NCBI GenBank assembly: GCA_963843575.1
Contig: CAWJKZ010000010.1
Location: 96,001-160,000 of the forward strand
Length of the DNA stretch: 64,000 nucleotides
Reading direction: 5' to 3'
From: an uncultured Acidobacteriota bacterium
GTDB lineage: Bacteria; Acidobacteriota; UBA6911
The first letter of the stretch is position 1, and every line of letters begins with the position of its first letter. The notes below the pieces were generated by a model. That model saw only the letters and a program-made list of their open reading frames with translations, was not told the origin of the DNA and did not search any database. This document shows, piece after piece, positions 1-9,753 of this stretch. The translations under genes were made by a program, and so were the position numbers.

Positions 1-103
1 CCACACGGTCGCCGCGGCTGTCGTGGGCCCGGTACACGGTGCCGAGCGTCCCCTCGCCGACCGGTTCCAGGATACTGTAGCCTTGCAGGTTTGTTGTGGA
101 CAT
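1..103 (-). CDS. Ser/Thr protein kinase, N-terminus only (runs off the window edge)
   Basis: Hand translation MSTTNLQGYSILEPVGEGTLGTVYRAHDSRGDRV has the Hanks-kinase glycine loop GxGxxGxVY; GAGGGGG lies upstream of the ATG. Confidence 0.75.
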   Translation of the reverse strand, partial: MSTTNLQGYSILEPVGEGTLGTVYRAHDSRGDRV

Positions 104-316
104 GACCCCCTCAGCCGACGGCCAGATACCATGGCCCTGTGCAAATTCTAAGCCGGGAAGGGGGAACGGTTTGTGAGCCGGGTCACTTGCCGGCCTTTCG
201 GCGATCAGCGTTAAAATCGCGCCGGCGAACGAGTATTATCTGTTCATCCACCTTTGCCGTCGGGGGAAGCCGTGGGCGTCTTGGCCCCCGTGAAGGTATT
301 CGACCAGGAGAACTAG

Positions 317-970
317 GTGAGAAAAACTCGGTTTGTTAACAGCGCGGCAATCGTTGTTCTGGCGTTGTGCGCAGTGTCGGTCGCAGCTTCCGGCTCGGGA
401 CAGGCCGGCGCAGAAGGCTGGCAGAGCCTGTTCGACGGCCGGAGCCTCGACGGGTGGGAGATACCCAAGTTCGGCGGGGACGGCAAGGTCCAGGTCCGGA
501 ACGGTCAGATCATACTGGGGACGGGGGTGACGCTGACGGGTGTGACCTCGACACGGAAGGACCTCCCCAAGATGAACTACGAGCTGAGCCTGGAGGCGAT
601 GAAGCTCGCGGGCAGCGACTTCTTCTGTGGGCTCACGTTTCCGGTGGGCGAATCGTACTGCAGCTTCATCGTCGGCGGCTGGGGCGGGGGCGTCGTCGGG
701 CTGTCGAGCATCGACGGCATGGACGCCTCGGAGAATGAGACCAGCCAGGGCATGGATTTCGCCAAGAACCGCTGGTACCGCATCCGTGTGCGCATCACCC
801 CCGGGCGGATCCAAGCGTGGATCGACGACCGGAACTTCGTCGACGTCGATACCAAGGGGAAGAGAATCTCCATCAGGCCGGAAGTGGATCTTTCGGTGCC
901 GCTGGGCGTCGCCGCGTGGATCACGGAGTCCGCGCTGCGGGACATCAAGATCCGCCCCGTCAAACCGTAG
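317..970 (+). CDS. Secreted DUF1080 / 3-keto-disaccharide hydrolase-like protein
   Basis: Signal peptide, WQSLFDGRSLDGW, NYELSLE and WYRIRVR motifs; AGGAG RBS. Confidence 0.8.
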   Translation: MRKTRFVNSAAIVVLALCAVSVAASGSGQAGAEGWQSLFDGRSLDGWEIPKFGGDGKVQVRNGQIILGTGVTLTGVTSTRKDLPKMNYELSLEAMKLAGSDFFCGLTFPVGESYCSFIVGGWGGGVVGLSSIDGMDASENETSQGMDFAKNRWYRIRVRITPGRIQAWIDDRNFVDVDTKGKRISIRPEVDLSVPLGVAAWITESALRDIKIRPVKP

Positions 971-1040
971 ACGCCGGGCTCCATCAGGAGTGCGGGGCTC
1001 GACGCAGCTTCGGGGCGGCGTCTGGGGGCGGCGCACACAA

Positions 1041-1098
1041 GCGAAGGCTTGCCACGGAAGAATACGGGAAAAACCTAACTTTGGATTTCCGTGGCAGG
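1041..1098. repeat. Short palindromic dispersed repeat, copy 1
   Basis: Arms CTTGCCACGGAA (1048-1059) and TTCCGTGGCAGG (1087-1098); aligns with the reverse complement of 11663-11727. Confidence 0.65.
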
Positions 1099-1199
1099 TT
1101 GTTGCGGTTGTATTTGAGCGGCGCTTCAGAGGGTTGCGATTTCCGATAGGGATTCCTGCGTGCTAAAGTAGAAAACTTAATGAGCAGGAAAAGGAGCGT

Positions 1200-2993
1200 A
1201 TGATCAGCGATCTCATTATTGGCATGGCCGGGTCGGGGGGAGACGGGATTGTCTCGGCCGGCGAATCCCTCATCACCGCCGCCGCGCTGGAGGGGTATTA
1301 CGCCATACTGACGAAGAGCTTCGGGTCGCAGATCCGGGGTGGCGAGTCGTCGTGTCGCATCCGGATCTCCAACCGGCAGGTCATGAATCCCGGCGGCACC
1401 CTCAACGTGGCGGTCGCACTGAACTGGGAAGACTTCCTCAAGTTCGGCGCCGAGCTTCCGGTGGGTGGTCAGACGATCGTCATCTACGACAGCAGGACAG
1501 GGGTAGCGCCCGACAAGCTTCCGCTTCCCGGGATCTGGCCTGCGGAGGTCATTGCCGTTCCCATCGAGCAGATGGCCAAACAGACCGCCGGGACGGAAAA
1601 GGCAAAGAACACGATCGTGCTCGGGCTGTTCGCCGGCTGGTTCGGGATTGCACGCCGCGCGCTCCTTTCGGGCATTCAGAAGAGGCTGGCCAAGAAAGGC
1701 GCCGCGGTGGTCGACGCCAACGAACGTGCCTTTGCCGCGGGGATCGAATACTCGGAATCTCACCCGCTCAGCGCCGGAAGCGCGATGCACCTGGCCGAAT
1801 CCGACGGCAAGACGAAGCTGCTGGTAGACGGCAACGAGCTGTGCGGTGCCGCCGCCATCTTCGCCGGGTGCCAGTTCTTCGGGGGCTACCCGATCACGCC
1901 CTCCACCGAGATCATGCAGTATCTGAACCGGGAGATCTGGAAGTACGGCGGGACGGTGCTCCAGGCTGAGGATGAGATCGCCGGCGTCGGCGCCGTCGTG
2001 GGGGCATCCTTCGCGGGCAAGAAAGCGATGACGGCGACTTCCGGGCCGGGTATGTCCCTGAAGACGGAGATCTTGGGACTCGCCACCATTGCCGAACTGC
2101 CGCTGGTATGCGTCGACGTCCAGCGTGGGGGACCCTCCACCGGCATCCCCACCAAGAGCGAACAGTCGGACGTGTTCCAGGCCGTCTTTTCCAGTCACGG
2201 CGACAACGTGCGCCCTGTCCTGGCCCCGATAAGCGTGGAAGATACCTTCGGGATCACGGTGGAGGCGTTCAACATCGCGGAGCACTACCAGACGCCGGTA
2301 ATCATTCTCTCGGATCAGGAAATCGGTCAACGGAAGGAGTCGGTGGTGCCGATCGACACCTCGCGCTTCCGCCTTGTGGAGCGAAAGCGGCCCTCGGCTA
2401 CCGACCTTCACCACTATGAACGGTTCCGCATCACCGAATCGGGAATCAGCCCGATCAGCCAGCCCGGCATGCGGGACGGGAATTATCTGGCGTCCGGCAT
2501 CGAACACAACGAGAAAGGCGCGCCCACGGCAAGCGGAGAAGTGCACGCGCGCATGAACGAGAAGCGCATCCGGAAGCTCAATCCGCTCAAGCGGCGCCGC
2601 GACCTGTTCGTGCTCGAGGGGGATCCCGACGCTCCCATCGCCCTGATCAGCTGGGGCAGCGTGGCGGGCGTCGCCGCCGAGGCCCTCCAACTGGCGCGCA
2701 AGGAGGGATTTCGCGTGAAGCTCCTGATCCCGAAGCTGATCTACCCGATTGCGCAGGAAGTCTTTCGCGAATTCTTCAAGTCGGTCGAAAACGGTCTGTT
2801 TGTCGAACAGTCGCACCAGGGCCAGTTCTACCGCCTGGTCCGGATGTTCGTCGACGTGCCGCCCGGAGTCGGGCAACTGGCGCGCAGCGGCTCCAACCCC
2901 ATTCTCCCGGGCGAGATCGTGGACCGCTTGCGGGAGATGGCGCTCGCCATGCAGCGCAGGCAGATGCCTGAGACGGAGCCCCAGCTCGGATAG
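1200..2993 (+). CDS. korA: 2-oxoacid:ferredoxin oxidoreductase alpha subunit (gamma-alpha fusion)
   Basis: GSGGDG, SQIRGGES, YPITP, QAEDEI, TATSGPG and QRGGPSTG motifs. Confidence 0.93.
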   Translation: MISDLIIGMAGSGGDGIVSAGESLITAAALEGYYAILTKSFGSQIRGGESSCRIRISNRQVMNPGGTLNVAVALNWEDFLKFGAELPVGGQTIVIYDSRTGVAPDKLPLPGIWPAEVIAVPIEQMAKQTAGTEKAKNTIVLGLFAGWFGIARRALLSGIQKRLAKKGAAVVDANERAFAAGIEYSESHPLSAGSAMHLAESDGKTKLLVDGNELCGAAAIFAGCQFFGGYPITPSTEIMQYLNREIWKYGGTVLQAEDEIAGVGAVVGASFAGKKAMTATSGPGMSLKTEILGLATIAELPLVCVDVQRGGPSTGIPTKSEQSDVFQAVFSSHGDNVRPVLAPISVEDTFGITVEAFNIAEHYQTPVIILSDQEIGQRKESVVPIDTSRFRLVERKRPSATDLHHYERFRITESGISPISQPGMRDGNYLASGIEHNEKGAPTASGEVHARMNEKRIRKLNPLKRRRDLFVLEGDPDAPIALISWGSVAGVAAEALQLARKEGFRVKLLIPKLIYPIAQEVFREFFKSVENGLFVEQSHQGQFYRLVRMFVDVPPGVGQLARSGSNPILPGEIVDRLREMALAMQRRQMPETEPQLG

Positions 2994-3034
2994 CCCCGCG
3001 GCGGCGCGCTTCGATTTATGAAAGGTCAACAGCC

Positions 3035-3925
3035 ATGAGCACAGCTCCCCCGAAAGCAGTCGAAGAGTACTCTTCCAAGGACTACAAGAGCGACCTGAAG
3101 CCCATCTGGTGCCCCGGATGCGGCGATTTCGGCGTAGTCTCCGCCATCTATCGCGCCCTGGCCAACATCGGCCGCCCGCCGCACGAGATCGCCTTCGTTT
3201 CCGGGATCGGCTGCTCGAGCCGAATCCCGGGTTATACCACCGCGTATGGCTTCAACAGCGTGCACGGCCGCGCGCTGCCCATCGCGCAGGGCATCAAGCT
3301 CGCCAACCCGGACCTCCTGGTGCTGGTCGCGGGGGGCGACGGCGACGGCTTCTCCATCGGCGGAGGACACGTGCCCCACGCCATCCGTCGAAACATCGAC
3401 CTGACGTACATCGTGATGGACAACCAGATTTACGGTCTGACGAAGGGACAGCTTTCGCCGACGTCCCCCAGGGGCTTGAAAACCTCCTCGTCGTCGTACG
3501 GCAGCCTCGAAGAGCCCGTCAACCCACTCCTCTACGTGCTGGGTTACGGGGCCGGTTTCGTGGCCCAGGGAACGCCGGCGGACATGGGCGGACTCGCGGA
3601 CATCATAGAAGAAGCCATCCGCTTCCCCGGCTTCGCCTTCGTCAACGTGCAGTCTCCCTGCGTCACGTTCGGACAACCCGAGGCGCAGCTGAAGGCGCAA
3701 AAAGCGACCATGCAGAGCCTGCAGGAACTGAAGCACGATCAGAGCGACCGCCTGAAAGCCATGGATCTCGCGCAGTGGTATGGGACGAGGCTGTACACGG
3801 GCGTCCTCTACCGTCACCCGAATCCGCCGCCCACCTACAGCGACCTGGTGGCCGAGCGCTGGAAGGAACTCGGTGCGGCGGCGGTCCCCAAATCCGAAAT
3901 CCTTCAGAACTTCATCCCGAAATAG
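3035..3925 (+). CDS. korB: 2-oxoacid:ferredoxin oxidoreductase beta subunit
   Basis: WCPGCG, SGIGCS, HGR, TPP motif GGDGDG...DN, YGLTKGQ, SPCVTF. Confidence 0.93.
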   Translation: MSTAPPKAVEEYSSKDYKSDLKPIWCPGCGDFGVVSAIYRALANIGRPPHEIAFVSGIGCSSRIPGYTTAYGFNSVHGRALPIAQGIKLANPDLLVLVAGGDGDGFSIGGGHVPHAIRRNIDLTYIVMDNQIYGLTKGQLSPTSPRGLKTSSSSYGSLEEPVNPLLYVLGYGAGFVAQGTPADMGGLADIIEEAIRFPGFAFVNVQSPCVTFGQPEAQLKAQKATMQSLQELKHDQSDRLKAMDLAQWYGTRLYTGVLYRHPNPPPTYSDLVAERWKELGAAAVPKSEILQNFIPK

Positions 3926-4050
3926 GCTACCGTCTGGAGATTCGGGTTACAGCCCTGCGGCGCGGGTCCGATTCCGGAGCATGATGCCAGGCCCGTCGCC
4001 CGCGGCGTTCAGGAGTCCGGGAGTAGCCGGAAGTACGGGTTGCCCTGTCT

Positions 4051-4659
4051 TCACCTCACGTTCTGGTCGATGAAATTCTTGAGGATCGGATAAGACACCC
4101 CGCCGACGACACGCTGTTCGCGACCACCGACGGTGACGAAAAAAGTGGGGGTGGAGGTCACGCCGCGGCCGTTCCCGATCATGACGGCTCGGTCGATCTC
4201 CTCGTCCACGGCCGGGCCTTCCATAATTTTCTTGGCGCGCGCCAGATCCTCGGGAGAGAGGGCGCGCGCGACGGCGGCTTCCACCTTGCCGTCGGCGGAC
4301 CACAGCGCCTGCTCGGTGTAAAGCGCATCGGATACCTGCGCCCACTGGACCCTGCCCAGTCGCTTGGCCGCGACCGCGAAACGCGACGCCACGCGGGCAT
4401 AGGGATGCTGCTTGAGGGGAAACTCGTAGTAGTAGATGCTGACCTTGTTGAACCGCGCGTAGTTCTCGATCACGGGGCGGACGGTTTCCAGGTAAAAGCT
4501 CCGGCAACTGGGACACTGGAAGTCCGAAAAGACCTCCATCTTCACGGGCGCGTTGGGCAGGCCGGCGACACACTCGAGGCTCTCGTCCACGAATCCAGGC
4601 GCCGGGCCGGCCAGGCCGAGGACGATGGTGATCCCGAGGACAGCAGCAGATCTTCTCAT
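4051..4659 (-). CDS. DsbA-family thiol:disulfide oxidoreductase
   Basis: Signal peptide, FSDFQCPSC, EFPL and GVTSTPTFF cis-Pro loop. Confidence 0.85.
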   Translation of the reverse strand: MRRSAAVLGITIVLGLAGPAPGFVDESLECVAGLPNAPVKMEVFSDFQCPSCRSFYLETVRPVIENYARFNKVSIYYYEFPLKQHPYARVASRFAVAAKRLGRVQWAQVSDALYTEQALWSADGKVEAAVARALSPEDLARAKKIMEGPAVDEEIDRAVMIGNGRGVTSTPTFFVTVGGREQRVVGGVSYPILKNFIDQNVR

Positions 4660-4814
4660 GAAGTCGTTCCCTCTCTCGATAGCATCGAAGCATACGGGTT
4701 CAGGGGCCTGGGTTCAAGCCTTCGGGCGGCCGAACGCCGCACTGCCGCCCGGGTTGATCTTTGCTCCGCTCTCTGCGAAAGTACTCGGAAGTACCGTGGA
4801 CGGAGGGTACCAGA

Positions 4815-6206
4815 ATGTCGGAGGCCGACCTGCTCTACTCCATAAACCCCGCGACGGAAGAGGTGGCTGCCACCTTCGAGCCGTTCCCGGCCGACCGCAC
4901 GGACGAGAGGATTCAAGGGGCGGCCCATACCTTCAGGGCGTGGCGGCGGACTCCATTGGGCGAGCGCGCCGCACTGCTGCGCGAGGCAGCATCCTGCCTT
5001 CGGCGCGGGAAGCCGAAGCTCGCCGGAATCATCACCGCCGAGATGGGCAAGCCGCTCGTCGAGTCCGAAGGCGAGGTGGAGAAGTGCGCGTGGGTGTGCG
5101 ACTACTACGCCGAAAACGGCGAACGCTTCCTGCGCGACGACCCGCGCGCCTCGAGCGCCTCCGAGAGCTACGTCCGGTATGGTCCGCTCGGGCCGGTCCT
5201 GGCGATCATGCCGTGGAACTTCCCGTTCTGGCAGGTGTTTCGCTTCGCGGCCCCCGCCCTGATGGCCGGCAATACCGCCCTGTTGAAGCACGCGTCCAAC
5301 GTGTGCGGCTGCTCGCTCGCCATTGAGCAGGTCTTCCGGGAATCCGGGTTCCCCGAGGGCTGCTTCGCCTCGCTCCTCGTGCCGGGCTCCCAGGTGGGCA
5401 GGATCATCGACGACCCGCGCGTGGCGGCGGTGACCCTGACCGGGAGCGAGAGCGCAGGGGCCGAGGTCGCCTCCCGCGCGGGGCGGGCCCTGAAAAAAAC
5501 GGTGCTGGAGCTCGGCGGATCCGATCCGTTCATCGTGCTGGAGGATGCCGACCTCGAGGCGGCGGTGGGCACCGCGGTGCGGGCGCGCTACATGAACGCA
5601 GGGCAGAGCTGCATCGCCGCCAAGAGGTTCGTCGTGGTCGAGCCGGTTTTCGATGAGTTCGAATCCCGCTTCTCACGGCGGGTCGCCGCGTTGAGAGTCG
5701 GCGACCCCACGGACCGCTCGACCGAGGTGGGGCCCCTGGCCCGTGCCGACCTGCTGGAGGCACTGCAAAAGCAAGTCCGGGCGTCCGCCGAGCGGGGCGC
5801 CCGCGTCCTGTGCGGCGGCAGCCGGAGACCGGGACGGGGTTATTTTTTCGCCCCCACGGTGCTGTCAGGCGTCCTTCCGGACATGCCCGCCGCCTGCGAG
5901 GAGGTGTTCGGGCCGGTCGCGGCGCTGATCCGGGCGCGAGATTGCGAGGAGGCCGTTTCCCTGGCCAACCAGTCCCGGTACGGGCTCGGCTCCAGCATCT
6001 GGACCGCCGACCTGAACCGGGCCCGGCGCATCGCCGCAGATATCGAGGCCGGCCAAGTGTTCATCAACGGCATGGTGGCTTCCGACCCGCGGCTCCCTTT
6101 CGGCGGGATCAAGCAGTCGGGCTATGGGCGAGAGCTGTCCGAACTCGGTTTGCGCGAGTTCGTCAACGTTCAGACCGTCTGGATCGGGCCGCATCTCGCG
6201 CGTTGA
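4815..6206 (+). CDS. NAD(P)-dependent aldehyde dehydrogenase, succinate-semialdehyde dehydrogenase-like
   Basis: PWNFP, TGS, LELGGSD, GQSCIA, EEVFGP and PFGGIKQSGYGRE motifs; start set at MSEAD after GGAGG. Confidence 0.88.
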   Translation: MSEADLLYSINPATEEVAATFEPFPADRTDERIQGAAHTFRAWRRTPLGERAALLREAASCLRRGKPKLAGIITAEMGKPLVESEGEVEKCAWVCDYYAENGERFLRDDPRASSASESYVRYGPLGPVLAIMPWNFPFWQVFRFAAPALMAGNTALLKHASNVCGCSLAIEQVFRESGFPEGCFASLLVPGSQVGRIIDDPRVAAVTLTGSESAGAEVASRAGRALKKTVLELGGSDPFIVLEDADLEAAVGTAVRARYMNAGQSCIAAKRFVVVEPVFDEFESRFSRRVAALRVGDPTDRSTEVGPLARADLLEALQKQVRASAERGARVLCGGSRRPGRGYFFAPTVLSGVLPDMPAACEEVFGPVAALIRARDCEEAVSLANQSRYGLGSSIWTADLNRARRIAADIEAGQVFINGMVASDPRLPFGGIKQSGYGRELSELGLREFVNVQTVWIGPHLAR

Positions 6207-8637
6207 GACCGCGCCGCTCGCCCCGCTTCGTGAAGGCGGTGCGGTAGACATCCTCGTAGCGCCGGGCGAAGTGGACTTTGATCCCCTTGGTCAGGTACTC
6301 GGGGAGTTCTTCGAAATCCTTCCGGTTGGCCTCGGGAAGGATCAGGACCTTGAACCCCACGCGCCGGGCGGCAATGACCTTCTCCTTGACCCCGCCAATG
6401 GGCAGGACTTGGCCGGTCAGGGTTAACTCGCCCGTCATCGCCATGTGAGGTATGACCGGCTCGTGCGTGATCATGGACACGAGCGCGGTCGCCATGGTTA
6501 CGCCGGCGGAGGGACCGTCCTTCGGTGTCGCGCCCGCCGGCACGTGGATGTGGACGAAGTGGGTGTCGAAATAGTCCGGGTTCGCCCCGTACTTCGCCAG
6601 GTGCGCCATGACGTACGAGTAGGCTATCGCCGCGCTCTCGAGCATCACCTCGCCGAGCTGACCCGTCTGCTTGAACCCTTTGTCTTTGCTGGGGGTGGCG
6701 GTGGCCTCCACCTGCAGGGTGACGCCTCCCATGCTTGTCCAGGCGAGGCCGGTCACGATGCCCGGCCGGATGCCAAACAGCTCGTCTGGGGTAAACACCG
6801 GTTTGCCAAGGTACTTCTCGACATCCGCCTTGTCGACGACGATCCTGCCCGCGGATTGGCTGGCGATCTCCATCGCGCCCTTGCGCATGATCTTGCGGAT
6901 GAGGTTTTCCAGGCCGCGGACACCCGCCTCCCGCGCGTAGCTGTCGATCAGGTGCACGAGCGCCGCCTTGCGTATCGTCACCTGTCCCGCCTTCAGCCCG
7001 TGACTACCCGCCGCCTTCGGTATCAGGTAGCGGCGGGCGATTTCGACCTTCTCCGCGGTGACGTAGCCCGAAAGGCGGATGACCTCCATGCGGTCCAGCA
7101 AGGGCCGCGGGATCGTGTCGACCTGGTTTCCCGTGGCCACGAACAGGACGTTCGAGAGGTCGAAGGGAACGTCGAGGTAGTGGTCGCGAAAGCTCCTGTT
7201 CTGTTCCGCGTCGAGCACTTCGAGGAGCGCCGAGGCAGGGTCTCCATGGAAGGAGGCGCCGACCTTGTCGATCTCGTCGAGCATGATTACGGGGTTGCTG
7301 GTCCCCGCAGTCTTCATTGCCTGGATGAACTTGCCCGGCATGGCTCCGATGTAGGTGCGGCGGTGACCCTTTATCTCTGCCTCGTCCCGCATTCCTCCCA
7401 GCGAGAAACGGTAGAAGTGCCGCCCCAGCGCATCGGCGATGCTCTTGCCCACCGAGGTCTTGCCGACCCCGGGAGGTCCGACCAGGCAGAGAATGGACCC
7501 GGCGATGTCGCCCTTGAGCTTGCCCACCGCCACAAACTCGAGGATCCGGTCCTTGACGTCCTTGAGGCCGTAATGGTCGCGGTCCAGGATCTTCCTGGCA
7601 CCCTCGATATCGTAGCGATCCTGGCTGTATTTTCCCCAGGGCAGGACCGTCAGCCACTCCAGGTAGTTGCGCGCTACCGTGTACTCGGGCGAGTTGGGTT
7701 CCAGCACCTGGTATTTCTCGATCTCCTCCTCGACGGTCTTCCTGGCCTCCGGGTTCAGCGTCAGGGTCTTGAGCCGCTCCTGGTACTTCTCCAGCTCCGC
7801 GGTTTTCCCCTCCTTTTCCAGCCCCAGCTCCTTCTTGATCGCCTTGAGCTGCTCCTTCAGGAAGAACTCCCGCTGTTGGCCCGATATCTTCTCCTGGATC
7901 TGGTGGGTGATCTCGGCCTGCAGCCTGGAGATCTCGACCTCCTTGCTGAGCAACAGGAGGACGCGGTCGATCCGGTGGCGCACGTCAAACGTCTCCAGCA
8001 CCTGCTGCAGCTCTTCACCGCTTGCCGTCGTGAGGTTGGCGGCGAAATCGGCCAGCCGCCCCGGGTCGTCGAGCGTAGAGCGGCTGAGGAAGAGCTTGAT
8101 GGCTTCGGACTGCAGGGGGTTCAGCTTGACCAGGTCCTTGAGTGCTGCAATAACGGCCATCGAGTAGGCCCGCAGCTCGGGGTTGACCGAGAGTTCCGTG
8201 GCGTAGTGATACCGCACCCCGGCGAGCATCGGCCCCTCGGTCTTCGTCACTTCTTCGAGCGTGAACCGTTCCATGCACTGCACGAGTACGTGAGCGGTCT
8301 CGTCCTCGTGGAACGCCCGGAGTATTTTGGCGGCCACTCCGACTTGGTGGAGGTTATCGGGCTCAACCGGCTTGTCCGCGTGGCGCAACAGAACGAGGCC
8401 CAGGGTCTTCGTGGTGAACTCTATCGCGTGCTGGATAGCAGAGAGGTGTTCACCCTCGACCTGCATCGGGATGGGAAGCCCGGGGAAAAAAGGCCGCTGC
8501 CTCAACGGCAGTATCGGGATCCGCTCGGGCAGTATCTCGGAGGCGAGGACAAGCCCCGGACCCTGCGTGGCTTCGGCTGCGGCGGCGGCCGCCCCTCTGT
8601 TCTCGTCCGCGGGAGCGTGCTCTTCCCGATCGTCCAT
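6163..8637 (-). CDS. lon: ATP-dependent protease La
   Basis: GPPGVGKT, HRRTYIGAMPG, LDEIDK, catalytic PKDGPSAG and IGGVKEK. Confidence 0.96.
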   Translation of the reverse strand: MDDREEHAPADENRGAAAAAAEATQGPGLVLASEILPERIPILPLRQRPFFPGLPIPMQVEGEHLSAIQHAIEFTTKTLGLVLLRHADKPVEPDNLHQVGVAAKILRAFHEDETAHVLVQCMERFTLEEVTKTEGPMLAGVRYHYATELSVNPELRAYSMAVIAALKDLVKLNPLQSEAIKLFLSRSTLDDPGRLADFAANLTTASGEELQQVLETFDVRHRIDRVLLLLSKEVEISRLQAEITHQIQEKISGQQREFFLKEQLKAIKKELGLEKEGKTAELEKYQERLKTLTLNPEARKTVEEEIEKYQVLEPNSPEYTVARNYLEWLTVLPWGKYSQDRYDIEGARKILDRDHYGLKDVKDRILEFVAVGKLKGDIAGSILCLVGPPGVGKTSVGKSIADALGRHFYRFSLGGMRDEAEIKGHRRTYIGAMPGKFIQAMKTAGTSNPVIMLDEIDKVGASFHGDPASALLEVLDAEQNRSFRDHYLDVPFDLSNVLFVATGNQVDTIPRPLLDRMEVIRLSGYVTAEKVEIARRYLIPKAAGSHGLKAGQVTIRKAALVHLIDSYAREAGVRGLENLIRKIMRKGAMEIASQSAGRIVVDKADVEKYLGKPVFTPDELFGIRPGIVTGLAWTSMGGVTLQVEATATPSKDKGFKQTGQLGEVMLESAAIAYSYVMAHLAKYGANPDYFDTHFVHIHVPAGATPKDGPSAGVTMATALVSMITHEPVIPHMAMTGELTLTGQVLPIGGVKEKVIAARRVGFKVLILPEANRKDFEELPEYLTKGIKVHFARRYEDVYRTAFTKRGERRGLNARDAARSRRSER

Positions 8638-8789
8638 GGTTGTCTCCCTTTGTGGCTCTGTGCCGCTCCAAATTTAATATCGGAAGCTCAGGAAGGCAAG
8701 AGAGGCTGCGTTGACGAGACGCGATGCCGGCCACCCGACTCGAGGCCCGTTTGATTGCCGGAGTGGAGTGGGGTGTTACAATAAAGGGA

Positions 8790-9737
8790 ATGCGGCTTGC
8801 CAGCGCCTTGCTCATTGCTGCCCTGCTCGCCTTTCCGGGAGCGACACTTCCGGCTCCCGGCCCAAAATCGTCCGAAGTCCAGAAGCCTCCTGTGATCACC
8901 CTCCCGGGCCTTCCCGGGTCCACGCGCCTCGCCGTGATCGGCGACGGGGGGACCGGCGGAGCACCGCAGTACCAGGTGGCGGCGACGATGGCCGCCGCCC
9001 ACTCCGTGTTCCCGTTTAGCTTCGTTCTGATGGTGGGCGACAACCTTTACGGAGGCCATGGCCCCGCCGACTACCGTGAGAAGTTCGAAGAACCCTACCG
9101 CGCCCTGCTCGACCGTGGCGTCCGGTTCTACGCCACGCTGGGCAATCACGATGATCCGAGCCAGCGGTTCTACAGGCAGTTCAACATGGGAGGGGAACGC
9201 TACTACTCATTCAAAGAGGGGACGGCCAGATTCTTCGCCCTGGACAGTACCTACATGAGCCGCGACCACATCGCATGGCTCGAGAAGCAGTTGAGGGAGA
9301 GTTCAGAACGCTGGAAAATCTGCTTCTTCCACCATCCCATTTATTCGTCGGGAAAGCGCCACGGATCGGATCTGAGCCTCCGGAAGGTGCTCGAGCCGCT
9401 GTTCATGCGGTACGGCGTCAACGCGGTATTCTCAGGACACGATCACTTCTACGAACGCATCGTGCCGCAGAACGGCATCGCGTACTTCGTGTCGGGTGCG
9501 GCGGGCCAACTGCGGAAAAACAACATCCGGCCCGGTGGCATCACCGCGCAAGGGTATGCAAGCGACCGGCAATTCATCCTGTTGGAGATCTCCGGCGACA
9601 CCCTCTATTTCCAGGCATTGTCGCGCACGGGGGCAACGGTGGACTCGGGGACCATCCCGCGGGTGGTCGAACCCACGGCAGGCACCCTGCAGGGCCCGAC
9701 GGCCGGCGTTCCCCTGCATCAAACCCCTCTCCGGTGA
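8790..9737 (+). CDS. Secreted calcineurin-like metallophosphoesterase
   Basis: Signal peptide; GDxG, GDNLY, GNHD, HHP and GHDH motifs. Confidence 0.88.
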   Translation: MRLASALLIAALLAFPGATLPAPGPKSSEVQKPPVITLPGLPGSTRLAVIGDGGTGGAPQYQVAATMAAAHSVFPFSFVLMVGDNLYGGHGPADYREKFEEPYRALLDRGVRFYATLGNHDDPSQRFYRQFNMGGERYYSFKEGTARFFALDSTYMSRDHIAWLEKQLRESSERWKICFFHHPIYSSGKRHGSDLSLRKVLEPLFMRYGVNAVFSGHDHFYERIVPQNGIAYFVSGAAGQLRKNNIRPGGITAQGYASDRQFILLEISGDTLYFQALSRTGATVDSGTIPRVVEPTAGTLQGPTAGVPLHQTPLR

Positions 9738-9753
9738 GAGCGGCGAAGGGAGA

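Noticed and set aside
6445-8754. 769-aa plus-strand ORF, and similar shadows at 984-3029, 54966-56984 and 62014-63879
   Set aside because: Antisense to well-supported genes (lon, korA, cdsA/dxr, APC permease)
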